Positions 21,410-30,967 of a stretch of DNA of 64,000 bases are shown piece by piece. The notes under the pieces are model-generated. The model saw only the letters and a program-made list of their open reading frames with translations, was not told the DNA's origin and made no database searches. Origin of the DNA: a virus; the IMG/VR virus record IMGVR_UViG_3300005590_000001, positions 1-64,000 of that record. One strand, written 5' to 3'. Every line of letters begins with the position of its first letter. Within the stretch, counting starts at the first letter, position 1. A program made the translations under genes and the position numbers.

Positions 21410-22107
21410 TCTATAAGCGGTGACATAAACGGTTCATGACAGTGTGTACTATAGCCCGGTATTGGAGTATACAATCTATATCCACACTCATAAAGGTCTC
21501 GAAACAAAGCTCTATCATTAAGATTATATTTTAATGCTTTGCCGAAAATAAGCCCTCTATCAATTTTCGCCGGATTAAGCATCCATGTACAAGTAGTACT
21601 TTCTGCACTTCTCCAATGTGTACTCTCCGTTAAAGTAATTTCTTCAGCTTTATAGCTCCAATCATCATCACGGGTATAACGATCTTTATGATCGTAAAGG
21701 GTCATTAAACCAAATTTTTCCAACCCTTCAAGAATGACCAAGTCTGCATCTTCACGATGCAAATAGTCATCTTCTAAGAAGTAAATTGGAGATTCCAGTT
21801 CTTTTAATTCGCCAACTGATATAGCATATAACAAAGATGATTTATTATTCGCCCAACCATAATCAAAAATTGATACTTCATTGAAATATGCAGCACTTAA
21901 TTGTTTGTTCATATAATCCAATAAGACTCTGGAATTGTTTTTCCCAGTATCAAAAACAATACTTAGAAAGCATTCGCCACGTAATGGAAGCAATACATGT
22001 TTGACGAAGTTATCAAAGCATGCTTTTTTACAAAAATATGCCGGACGTTGTGGTTTTTTTGGTGTAACCACTTCATTGTCACACGCACGATAAATAATTT
22101 CAATCAT
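21394..22107 (-). CDS. GT-A-like glycosyltransferase
   Basis: YFLEDDYLH, LYDHKDRY, PIPGYSTH. Confidence 0.6.
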   Translation of the reverse strand: MIEIIYRACDNEVVTPKKPQRPAYFCKKACFDNFVKHVLLPLRGECFLSIVFDTGKNNSRVLLDYMNKQLSAAYFNEVSIFDYGWANNKSSLLYAISVGELKELESPIYFLEDDYLHREDADLVILEGLEKFGLMTLYDHKDRYTRDDDWSYKAEEITLTESTHWRSAESTTCTWMLNPAKIDRGLIFGKALKYNLNDRALFRDLYECGYRLYTPIPGYSTHCHEPFMSPLIDWAKV

Positions 22108-22639
22108 CTAAATCCTCTCTTCCTTCCAAACGCTCATATAATAATTTATTTCTGATTTTTTATTGTCCTGTAAAAAATTATCTATTAATATTTTGATTCT
22201 TTTTTTATGTTTGGGAGTGCAATTATTGATATCAATCAATATAACTTGATTGTAATAATCTAAAAAATTATCTCGATAATAAGTATTATATCTTAATAAT
22301 CTAGAATCACAATAACTATATATTTCAGTTCTAAGTTTTTTTAGATGATGACTATCTTCATATTCTAAAGCAATACTTAACATTCCAGTTTTAGAAGATT
22401 TTTCTGGAATAAAATATGAATACGATAATCTTGCTCTTTTATCTTTTTTTAAATCTTGAATCTTATTCTTTAATATTAATCCACGAGTATCTCCACGAAT
22501 CAAATAATATTGATAAAATGAAGGTATTGTGTTTAAAGTATATATTTTAAACTGTTCACTATAAACAAAACAATTCTTGAAAAATCTATAATTATATAGA
22601 TAATTTAAATTATATTTTAAAATAACACGGTCAAGTTTA

Positions 22640-23290
22640 TCAACCATACAACAATTCCATAGCAGCAGTATTATTTTTTCCATGAAATCCAAATGACTTG
22701 TAAGACTCTAAATCATGAGGATTGTGTCTATATTCCGTAACATTTTCAACAGAAAATCTCCGCGCTAATTCCATCGGGGCAAATTTAATTTTCTCAATCG
22801 ATGTCATAAAATGATATTCTTTGACACAAGCGGTCCAATCTTCTCCATGTTTTTCCGCTATCACAGAGAAACAATTATGCATTGCTTTTAGAAATTTTTG
22901 ACTACGTAATGAGAAACCACCATTGCCCACCCTATTACATTGGCCGACATTCGGCCATAATGCTCCAATATAATCATACTGTAAAAATGTGTCTGTCCAT
23001 TGTGTTGGATCAATAATGTATCCATCATACTGGATGGTTAGGCAGAATTCTGTGTCAATATACTTGTATAAATTTGATAGTATCCACGGCGAAAATTCTT
23101 TCCACGTAATACTTGTGGGTACATATTCAATCGAATATTCTGATAAGGTGTCGAGTATATTCAGATCTGGTCCAATTAATTTACATAAGAAAGGAATATG
23201 CGGCGGCATTGATCGCCGACAATGTTCTAAGGCTTTAACCGTACGGCCTATAAAATCCTCTGATGTTATCAATGCAACAATAGTAATCAT
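22640..23290 (-). CDS. DUF5672 family (glycosyltransferase-like) protein
   Basis: IQYDG, YDYIGALW, VGNGGFSLRS, ED, FGFH. Confidence 0.8.
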   Translation of the reverse strand: MITIVALITSEDFIGRTVKALEHCRRSMPPHIPFLCKLIGPDLNILDTLSEYSIEYVPTSITWKEFSPWILSNLYKYIDTEFCLTIQYDGYIIDPTQWTDTFLQYDYIGALWPNVGQCNRVGNGGFSLRSQKFLKAMHNCFSVIAEKHGEDWTACVKEYHFMTSIEKIKFAPMELARRFSVENVTEYRHNPHDLESYKSFGFHGKNNTAAMELLYG

Positions 23291-23922
23291 ATTTCTCTAC
23301 ACTCCAATTCGGAAAGACCAATGTAACGTACGCCGTGTACAACTTGATCAAAACTCTTATGATGATGGCCGAACACACAAATTTTTGGTTTTCGTTTACG
23401 CACCATTTCCTCTAGTAATATACTTGTATTATCACAAAATAGTGCCGAAAATCCAAAAGATTCTAAGATTTTTTGATCTTTATGTAATCGCGGTATTACA
23501 GAACGTGGCGGACAATGAGCAATAAGAATTTCGGCCGATGACCAAGTCCACCTATCTTCACAATCCTTCATTTCTCCATATGTAAGTTCTTCTTCAGGCC
23601 ACCACGTTCTAATGTGAGTTTGTATACGTTGAGCTTCTCGATATACTCGATCTATGGATAATCCACCTCTTACAAAAAAGAATTCTTTGTCAAGAGTAAA
23701 CGTACCATAATCACCCAAACAATAAGAACTGTCCAAACATATATCATAATCATCATGATTTCCCGGAATTACCCAGTGTTCGCCTTTGCCAAGACCGGAA
23801 TATTCTAACTTATTCCATGCAGAAGCAAAGCCAAAGTCTCCGACCTGAACTGTGTTTTTCTTATTTTCCACGATCTGAAAGTATTCGTTCACTTTGCCGT
23901 GAACATCGCCAATTACGTACAT
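23287..23922 (-). CDS. Metallophosphoesterase
   Basis: GDVHG, GDFG, GNHD, FGHHH; start moved to ATG 23922 because a tRNA lies upstream. Confidence 0.88.
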   Translation of the reverse strand: MYVIGDVHGKVNEYFQIVENKKNTVQVGDFGFASAWNKLEYSGLGKGEHWVIPGNHDDYDICLDSSYCLGDYGTFTLDKEFFFVRGGLSIDRVYREAQRIQTHIRTWWPEEELTYGEMKDCEDRWTWSSAEILIAHCPPRSVIPRLHKDQKILESFGFSALFCDNTSILLEEMVRKRKPKICVFGHHHKSFDQVVHGVRYIGLSELECREI

Positions 23923-23934
23923 CTTATCCTCAAA

Positions 23935-24007
23935 TAGACCCGGAAGGATTCGCACCTTCGACCTGCGGTTTAGAAGACCGCCGCTCTATCTCCTGAGCTA
24001 CGAGTCC
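23935..24007 (-). tRNA. tRNA-Arg(TCT), no encoded CCA, variant T-loop
   Basis: Cloverleaf GGACTCG...GCGGT-CTTCTAA-ACCGC...GAAGG-TGCGAAT-CCTTC-CGGGTCT-A. Confidence 0.88.
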
Positions 24008-24207
24008 CACTTATATATAAAAATAGTAGTATGACATCCCGGAAAAGGACACTGAAAAGACCACGCTGGTCCATCTCTTTGGGAACTTCTATCTACACAT
24101 TCACGTTGTTCGACTTCAGTAATAGTATTGCAATTAGAACATTTAGCTTGGGTTGTACGTGATTCTGGTAGATATCCTTGTTTAATTATCTTCATGTTCT
24201 TCCTCAC
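23998..24207 (-). CDS. Small Zn-ribbon protein
   Basis: CSNC...CPFPGC; stop codon overlaps the tRNA 5' end. Confidence 0.55.
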   Translation of the reverse strand: MRKNMKIIKQGYLPESRTTQAKCSNCNTITEVEQRECVDRSSQRDGPAWSFQCPFPGCHTTIFIYKWDS

Positions 24208-24697
24208 TAAGAAAATTCAAAATTTTTGTTCGTAATTTCCTTTTGATTGTTCCAATGTGATTCTTGATAGGATTAATAAAGAAAAATGGTACAAGCATAA
24301 TTATCCACAGATTTGCGATAAGCAGAAGTATTGTGCAAAACAAACCAACCGTAATATTTGTAATAAATAAAAAACAATGACGAGGCTCGTCATATAACAG
24401 TTCATTATCATACCATACTTGGTAAGTGGCAATTGGAGAAAACCAATGTAATCTGACCAATATGTTGCAGATTGCTAACACTAAAAGCACAAAGGCTGAA
24501 ATAAATTCTAACACTATCACATCTTTCTCTTACAAAGTTTATAGAGATATATTACCAATTTACATAATCCATATATAGGCCAAAAAATAATGTTAATAAA
24601 CAGATGAGGCCACAGGATTGGCATCATTATAGATGCTATAATCATCACTAGTATTATAAAAACTGTGCATAAAATTGTAGTGAAATTTACTTTATCT

Positions 24698-25318
24698 TCA
24701 TCTTTCATTGAAATACTTAAATACTTTAGTCATAGGAATAATAGTTCCGTAATTTTTCTTATTTCTATAAAAATTGTTACATATTACACCATACAATTTG
24801 TCTTTATGATAAACAGGGCATCCATACCAACTTTTAGAAATTGCACCGCGTATTACCGTATACTTCCAACCATCTTCTGAGTATGTTTCACTATATACTG
24901 AGAGACTTGAAATATGATCCAATCCACTATAAGACCATCTTTTTACTTTTAAAGATTGTTGGTATTCTATACCTTCTTTTATTTGATCTATCTGTATATC
25001 AAACCAATCAAGATTAGGAAAACGATAGAAGAATATGGGTGCTGTTGGAATTGAAGCGACGTGTTCAACTTGAATAATAGCTTGAAAGACAATATTGTCA
25101 GGATGGGAGAGCTTGATTCCTTTTCTGCCGCCACTAAAATCAACTTCTTCAGTAGTTACTGCGTAGTAGTAGTCTTTCGTCTTATGAAAAACGGTAGATT
25201 CATATTCTACGAATTTAGTGCTAAGACCGTCGCGAATACTAACTATAGGGGCGTACGGTAAAAAATCTTCTGCCGAACAAATAGGTATGGTTACTAGTAA
25301 TATGAGTAGTATTCTCAT
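24698..25318 (-). CDS. Secreted protein, possibly a degenerate trypsin-like fold
   Basis: Signal peptide MRILLILLV; C-terminal SWYGCPVY..KLYGVI resembles GDSGGPV..LVGI. Confidence 0.4.
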   Translation of the reverse strand: MRILLILLVTIPICSAEDFLPYAPIVSIRDGLSTKFVEYESTVFHKTKDYYYAVTTEEVDFSGGRKGIKLSHPDNIVFQAIIQVEHVASIPTAPIFFYRFPNLDWFDIQIDQIKEGIEYQQSLKVKRWSYSGLDHISSLSVYSETYSEDGWKYTVIRGAISKSWYGCPVYHKDKLYGVICNNFYRNKKNYGTIIPMTKVFKYFNER

Positions 25319-25322
25319 AATA

Positions 25323-25793
25323 TTAAACCTCGAAAAGCAGATCTGCCGTATTTTCGAAAATTTTAACAAGCTGCGGTGACATATTAAAACGTTTCGCATT
25401 TACTTCAATGCTCTTGCGAATGTTTCCATCGTTATGCCTTTCGCTTGCAGCTTTCCAATCGCACAACATTTCTACCAAGTCCATCAGGTTCATATCGTCA
25501 ACACCATTCTTGTGATGTTCAGGATGATGCCTATTATGTGCGTAATGATGTTCTAGAGCGACACCTAACTCTTTCCTAAAACCTTCATATTCAGGGCTAC
25601 CATATGTTGCCCCTGCCAATTTAGGAGTGTACTCTGTGAATAATTCAACCTCTGGAGACCCCAATTTTGTTTGGTCGTGTTCTTCTCCACGTTTCAAGAG
25701 ATTGGCTATGCACCTGTTTAGAAGATTACGCACCCTTTCAATATGTCGAAATGTATGATAATTACACGCTTCTTGTGATTTTGTTAAACTCAT
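25323..25793 (-). CDS. DUF5662 family (HD-like) protein
   Basis: HIERV, EHDQTK, HHYAHNRHHPEH, EMLCDW. Confidence 0.8.
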   Translation of the reverse strand: MSLTKSQEACNYHTFRHIERVRNLLNRCIANLLKRGEEHDQTKLGSPEVELFTEYTPKLAGATYGSPEYEGFRKELGVALEHHYAHNRHHPEHHKNGVDDMNLMDLVEMLCDWKAASERHNDGNIRKSIEVNAKRFNMSPQLVKIFENTADLLFEV

Positions 25794-25832
25794 TATTCTT
25801 CCTCATTAATTTGCAATAATTCCATTACGATT

Positions 25833-26207
25833 TCACCCACAGTAACTGCTGCTATTAGTCTCATAAATATTCCTCTTAACCTCTAACTTACTAGCGAGTT
25901 CTGCATCAATTCTGGCACCGCCCCAAGTGTGGTTTAAACACTCTAGACAAAATGCACCTTCGTAAAAAACAACTTGCATTTCAAATAGGTTGTCATCTTT
26001 AGAACCGTAACCCGGCCCAAGAACAATGTCGCCCTCATAAATTTCTGTTCCGTTACGGTCTTTTAAATTGGTATACTGCTGTGCAATAAAATTGGCCCGC
26101 CATATACTTACGAACATATTATTAATATCTACATCAGATCGAAAACCCCACTGTGGGTCGAATTTCTTTTCTTCGTTGTTCCAGAATCTAAACTTAATTT
26201 CTCTCAT
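25833..26207 (-). CDS. YopX family protein (second copy)
   Basis: MREIKFRFW...QYTNLKDRNGTEIYEGDI. Confidence 0.9.
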   Translation of the reverse strand: MREIKFRFWNNEEKKFDPQWGFRSDVDINNMFVSIWRANFIAQQYTNLKDRNGTEIYEGDIVLGPGYGSKDDNLFEMQVVFYEGAFCLECLNHTWGGARIDAELASKLEVKRNIYETNSSSYCG

Positions 26208-26574
26208 TATTTATCCTCAACAACAGTGTACTCATATCGCTCAGGATAATACGCAAAACCACGCCATTCAACTACAGTTTCTCTTTTTACAGTGGCAGGC
26301 TCCTCGAAATTTCTAGACATTTCCTTGTTTAGATTAACAGGCTCATCAAAAATTCCTACAGCTACATTTTCATGGGTGTAAACATCAGAAAATTGTGTGT
26401 CTATAATCTCTTTTCTGTCCTCGGCGAACATGAAGAATGCGGCGACAAGTATTGGTGGTATCAGGCACGTCGTACCGAGAAGTTTCTTGCCGTCTTCAGT
26501 GGAATAAAAGATAAAACCGCATATTGAAAATATACAAATGAAAAAACTTAATATTGAAAAAAGTTCTATTGACA

Positions 26575-27333
26575 TTATGGTCCGACCCTTCCGTTTTCAC
26601 AAAAAGCTTTATAAGTCAACGGCCATCCTTTGGCAAAAAATTCTTCTGCTGCTCTAGCGGCGAATTCAATTTCTTTTAGTGGATAGCTAACAAATTGAGC
26701 ACGATCTGGCTCATATGTTCTTAATGATAAGAACGCCATCAAGGAACGGGGATTACAAGTAACCCAACACCTTGAATAGATTCCAACAGGTAAACAAGAA
26801 CGTGCAACTCCGGGATCAATTCCAAGATCTAAATTAGCCTCATACATTTGATAGGATAATTCGTATGATTTCTTAAGGTTTTCTACCACCTGTAGATTTA
26901 CATCAGTAGGAGTTTCTGCAAATTTTGGTCGTCCAGCACGCCACTTTTCAACTTTAGACATTGCTCTTTCTAAGGATGGAATATAAAAAGTAGGTTCCAG
27001 CTTAGTATATCTCCCACTTTCCTCATTATATCCAAAGCCAATCCTATGACGATGCCACTCTCGCCAAACAAAAATTGGTGCCCTAACATAGAATGTCATA
27101 GCGGCATGTTCAAATGGCGTGCCGTGTCTATGCTTCATCAAGTAATTAATTAGTCCAAAATTTTCATCATTACATTCTGGTTCTACATATTTAAGGCATT
27201 CATCACCGCTAGTTGAGACACGAGCAGCAGCTACAACCATATGATCGCCACCCATTTTTTGTACTAATTCTAAATCTATATCACTCTTGTAATTCAAAAC
27301 GATGCTCCTTCTTGTTTGCATCTCACCGAACAC
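26575..27333 (-). CDS. thyX: FAD-dependent thymidylate synthase
   Basis: AARVS, HGTPFEH, REWHRHR...NEESGRY signature. Confidence 0.95.
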   Translation of the reverse strand: MFGEMQTRRSIVLNYKSDIDLELVQKMGGDHMVVAAARVSTSGDECLKYVEPECNDENFGLINYLMKHRHGTPFEHAAMTFYVRAPIFVWREWHRHRIGFGYNEESGRYTKLEPTFYIPSLERAMSKVEKWRAGRPKFAETPTDVNLQVVENLKKSYELSYQMYEANLDLGIDPGVARSCLPVGIYSRCWVTCNPRSLMAFLSLRTYEPDRAQFVSYPLKEIEFAARAAEEFFAKGWPLTYKAFCENGRVGP

Positions 27334-27913
27334 TTAATTTCTTCGAAGGTCATACTAATTTTCCTTTGTAATTTTTGATAAGCATAGTATATTTTTAAAA
27401 CCAATATAATTTAACAGAGTTGGATTAATATCTTCTTCACAATAAATAATCCACATTGTGAATTTATAACGAAAATCAATTTTTGAACTGATTGATTTCA
27501 ATATATTGATGACTGTATCAGTGTTATGATTAGGAGTGTCAAATCTTATAATTTTCATCAATCATTACTCTTATTACTTAAAGTAGCATTTTCATTTTCT
27601 AAAAATTCAACATATTTTTTCAATGTCTCCAATTCTTTATTTTGTGCGTCCATTGCAGATTGATTCATTTCAATTTGATTTTTAGCAATACAAAAACACG
27701 CTATAAATCCAGCTGTGTATTGTATTTGTAAATTTGTGGCATGTTTGGGTAATGTACCAAGTTTAATTTCTGCACTGAGCCAATCTATTTGATTCATTAA
27801 GAAATCTTTAATATATTGCTCATCGCATATATTGGACAAAATATCATCCATTGAAATTGATTTATTTTTTCTTTGCTCTAAGAATAAATCAATCGCTTCT
27901 TGACTAAACATTA

Positions 27914-28351
27914 TTACTCCAATCTTAATCCGTGTGAATGACTTTGACCTGTTGCGGAAGACATGGCGCAAAAATGAAATAGGCCGCTTGCCATCAAGCG
28001 AGACCCATTTTCCCTAATGCGTAGGACATTAACCATAATACTGATTCGTCTATTACCCAATCTATCTACTACCGCATTTAATCTTAGGAGATCACCTTGA
28101 GATGCCCCAAAATTAAATCTTATATTTTCGATTCCTACAGTCACGGCATAATCAGCTCTATATTTCAATTGTTTTTGACCGACTGGCATATAAACAGAAC
28201 TAAATAATGCAAGTCGTGCCAAATCTGCCGCACAACGATCCATTTGCATAGTCAAATAACCGCCATGAATCATTGGTTTATTTTCTTCTGTGTGGAAGTG
28301 ATTACACATTTCTGGATATACAGTGAAATGTGTCACGTGTTCAGTGATCAT
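27914..28351 (-). CDS. Hotdog-fold acyl-CoA thioesterase-like protein
   Basis: VYPEMCN...IHGGYLTMQMDRCAA. Confidence 0.75.
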   Translation of the reverse strand: MITEHVTHFTVYPEMCNHFHTEENKPMIHGGYLTMQMDRCAADLARLALFSSVYMPVGQKQLKYRADYAVTVGIENIRFNFGASQGDLLRLNAVVDRLGNRRISIMVNVLRIRENGSRLMASGLFHFCAMSSATGQSHSHGLRLE

Positions 28352-29316
28352 TACATTTCTTTCCCATTTATAAAAACTTTACCACTAATATTTATTCCGC
28401 CGTCTTTTAAAGGTTCAATTTTAGCTTTAGGCCAAACCATCTTCCCAGTATTATAAATAATACATTTGTGACCAGATTCACCCTTAAAGCCTAAATAAAC
28501 AGCGGGAGATTCTTTATCATATGATTTATGTTCGATCCAAGAGTTAGACAGTTGGTTAATGTGAAATTTGTCTGCCCAGTTTCCAAACTCTTCTTGTGAG
28601 GGGAAATTTTGTCCTGCGACTAAATAAAAGTCACCAGTTGCACCAACTCCGGGTCCCACAATTTTCAGTTTACTATTTAAGGCAGTGCCAAGAATTTTAG
28701 TACTAGTGCTTTGATTTAAAAGCACATCCCCTTTGGTATTATCTTCTGCATAACCACCTGTTAAAGTGGTGTCTTTACATTGTACAATGTAAAATCCTTT
28801 GTTATTTGCTTCTGATTCACAACCAATTAATGTATTGCCGACACCATTTAATAGAGTAAAACCCATCTGGCAAAATCTAGCTGTACAATTTATAAAAGTA
28901 TTACTATTAAATCTACGCGGTGTCTCATTGTGTGATGCTAAATGGAAACCAGTAGAAAATCCATTTTTATTTTGACCGACATGAATATTTTCAAATTTAT
29001 TAAAATAAACTCCGTATCCACGTACTGCTATAATATTAACTGCAGCATTAGTAGATTGTTCAGATGTTTCTATTCTAATATTTGAAAAATGTGATTTGCG
29101 TAAACCTAATGCAACTATACCAGAAGAATCTTTGGGTTGTATGATTAAATCACGTATGGTAATATTTTCACCCTGATCAATATCAGTAATAATGATAGAA
29201 CCTTTTAACGTAGCTCCATTACCATTTAAGGTTTGGTTATTCCTTAAATAAATATCACCTTCATATTCTTGATTCTGAAGATTAATTACTGGTTGATCTA
29301 TATTAACATTTTTCAT
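28351..29316 (-). CDS. Right-handed parallel beta-helix (pectin lyase-like) protein
   Basis: Repeating NxF/NT strands, GNGATL. Confidence 0.65.
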   Translation of the reverse strand: MKNVNIDQPVINLQNQEYEGDIYLRNNQTLNGNGATLKGSIIITDIDQGENITIRDLIIQPKDSSGIVALGLRKSHFSNIRIETSEQSTNAAVNIIAVRGYGVYFNKFENIHVGQNKNGFSTGFHLASHNETPRRFNSNTFINCTARFCQMGFTLLNGVGNTLIGCESEANNKGFYIVQCKDTTLTGGYAEDNTKGDVLLNQSTSTKILGTALNSKLKIVGPGVGATGDFYLVAGQNFPSQEEFGNWADKFHINQLSNSWIEHKSYDKESPAVYLGFKGESGHKCIIYNTGKMVWPKAKIEPLKDGGINISGKVFINGKEM

Positions 29317-29515
29317 TGACGGTCAACCTGTCTATTAGGATCTGCTAAGCCGTTATCAAGTCTATCTTTAGTTGTAATATAAATATGAGTATCATCTCTA
29401 CAACAAACTTCATTTTCGGCAAGTTTATAAATATCCGGTGCAGGAATTATCATACTTTTATGAGACCCATACGCCGAAGGTGTGGTGATGGTCGTAAAAT
29501 TCTCACGTTTAATTT

Positions 29516-29902
29516 TTACTTGTTTCTTTGCCATGATTTACTTTCTAAATGTCGTTCTATATTATTAAAAAACTTTTTTCTAAATCCATGATCGTCAGAC
29601 TGTAGGTTTGATAACTTAGCTTTAGTACTTGCTAATTTTGCTAATTTGGTACCAATACCACGTCGGCGATATGATCTCATAACATAAACACCAATATTAA
29701 ATATATCATATATTGACAATTTTGGACATATACACGCACCTATTGGATAATGATTATCAAATGCTATTGATAAACTAATTATTTCTTCAGGATCCTCCCA
29801 CCAAAATTTCATTAATCCATTTGCGTGTAATTTTCTAATATTCTTATCATCACAAAATTCTTTTATTCTATATGAATCTGCAGTATAAACATAATGTATC
29901 AT
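29516..29902 (-). CDS. GNAT acetyltransferase
   Basis: VYVMRSYRRRGIGTKL acetyl-CoA motif. Confidence 0.8.
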   Translation of the reverse strand: MIHYVYTADSYRIKEFCDDKNIRKLHANGLMKFWWEDPEEIISLSIAFDNHYPIGACICPKLSIYDIFNIGVYVMRSYRRRGIGTKLAKLASTKAKLSNLQSDDHGFRKKFFNNIERHLESKSWQRNK

Positions 29903-29953
29903 AATGTTAAATCTTTAATAGATTTTGTTGATGGACAAATTTCTAAATAATAA

Positions 29954-30808
29954 CTATTTGTTATAGAGCAGGTTGGAGTTAATCTTCCTTCTTGGTGTTC
30001 TTGTTTGAAGATGTTTACTCGGTACCGATCGTCTTTTAAATATCTTATGGAGATTTTGTGGGGCTTGAATGAGACTTTTGTTTTCACCCATTCTCTTATA
30101 ACCATCTCTGATTGAGTGTGATTGTCGGATTTCTTTGCGGACATCTGTTGTTTGTGTGCCTGTTTTACGGTTGACATAACCATCTACCTCTCTGAGTTTT
30201 AGATTTAGAACTTTATTAATTTTATTACAATGATGTTCTAAACCAAGAAACTTTAAAACCGATAAGCATTGATCATACGATGTTTTTTCGTAAGGAACAA
30301 CTAAACATCTATCTCCTAATAATTGAACGGCTTCATCTCGGTTAATACACATTTGATAATATTGAAAAAACTTTTCTTTGGAAACATAATCATATATTTG
30401 TTTGTATGACTGATACGAAATTTCAGGATCTCTAGTGCAAAATATATATTTTGTATCAGTAAATAAATGATTCCATGCAGACACTGCTTGATATGTAGGA
30501 CTTAAAATTTTAAATCCATCATATTCTCCAAATCCAATATAGGATTGGATCATAGTTTTAAATAATTCAAAAGTTTTTTGTGGACTAGGGCTTAAATTAG
30601 CCGAGAATGTATTGCGATCCTTCTTAAACGCTTCCCATTGTTCTATAGATCTTTGAACATTTTGTGGATGTAGAGTTTGTAAAAAACTTCTAGCGGATTC
30701 CATAAGTCCATTCTGTTCGCCGTATACGATTCCTTCATTGCAAACATTAATTAATCTTTGAATAAATGTACTGCCGGTACGATAAGTTTGTCCTATTATA
30801 ACAATCAT
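29954..30808 (-). CDS. Sulfotransferase-like protein
   Basis: RTGSTFIQRL (5'-PSB), RDP...S (3'-PB), VPYE. Confidence 0.7.
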   Translation of the reverse strand: MIVIIGQTYRTGSTFIQRLINVCNEGIVYGEQNGLMESARSFLQTLHPQNVQRSIEQWEAFKKDRNTFSANLSPSPQKTFELFKTMIQSYIGFGEYDGFKILSPTYQAVSAWNHLFTDTKYIFCTRDPEISYQSYKQIYDYVSKEKFFQYYQMCINRDEAVQLLGDRCLVVPYEKTSYDQCLSVLKFLGLEHHCNKINKVLNLKLREVDGYVNRKTGTQTTDVRKEIRQSHSIRDGYKRMGENKSLIQAPQNLHKIFKRRSVPSKHLQTRTPRRKINSNLLYNK

Positions 30809-30967
30809 CTATCATTTTCCCATAATGAAATCATCTTAAAACAATCTATACAATATTCTGCATAACCACCACATTCAAGTATTAAAATTCTAGTACTGTT
30901 GTGTATACACAGACTGTCTCTTATTCTTTGTTTAATCTGAGCATTCTTTCTTGCAGTATTGGGCTCT

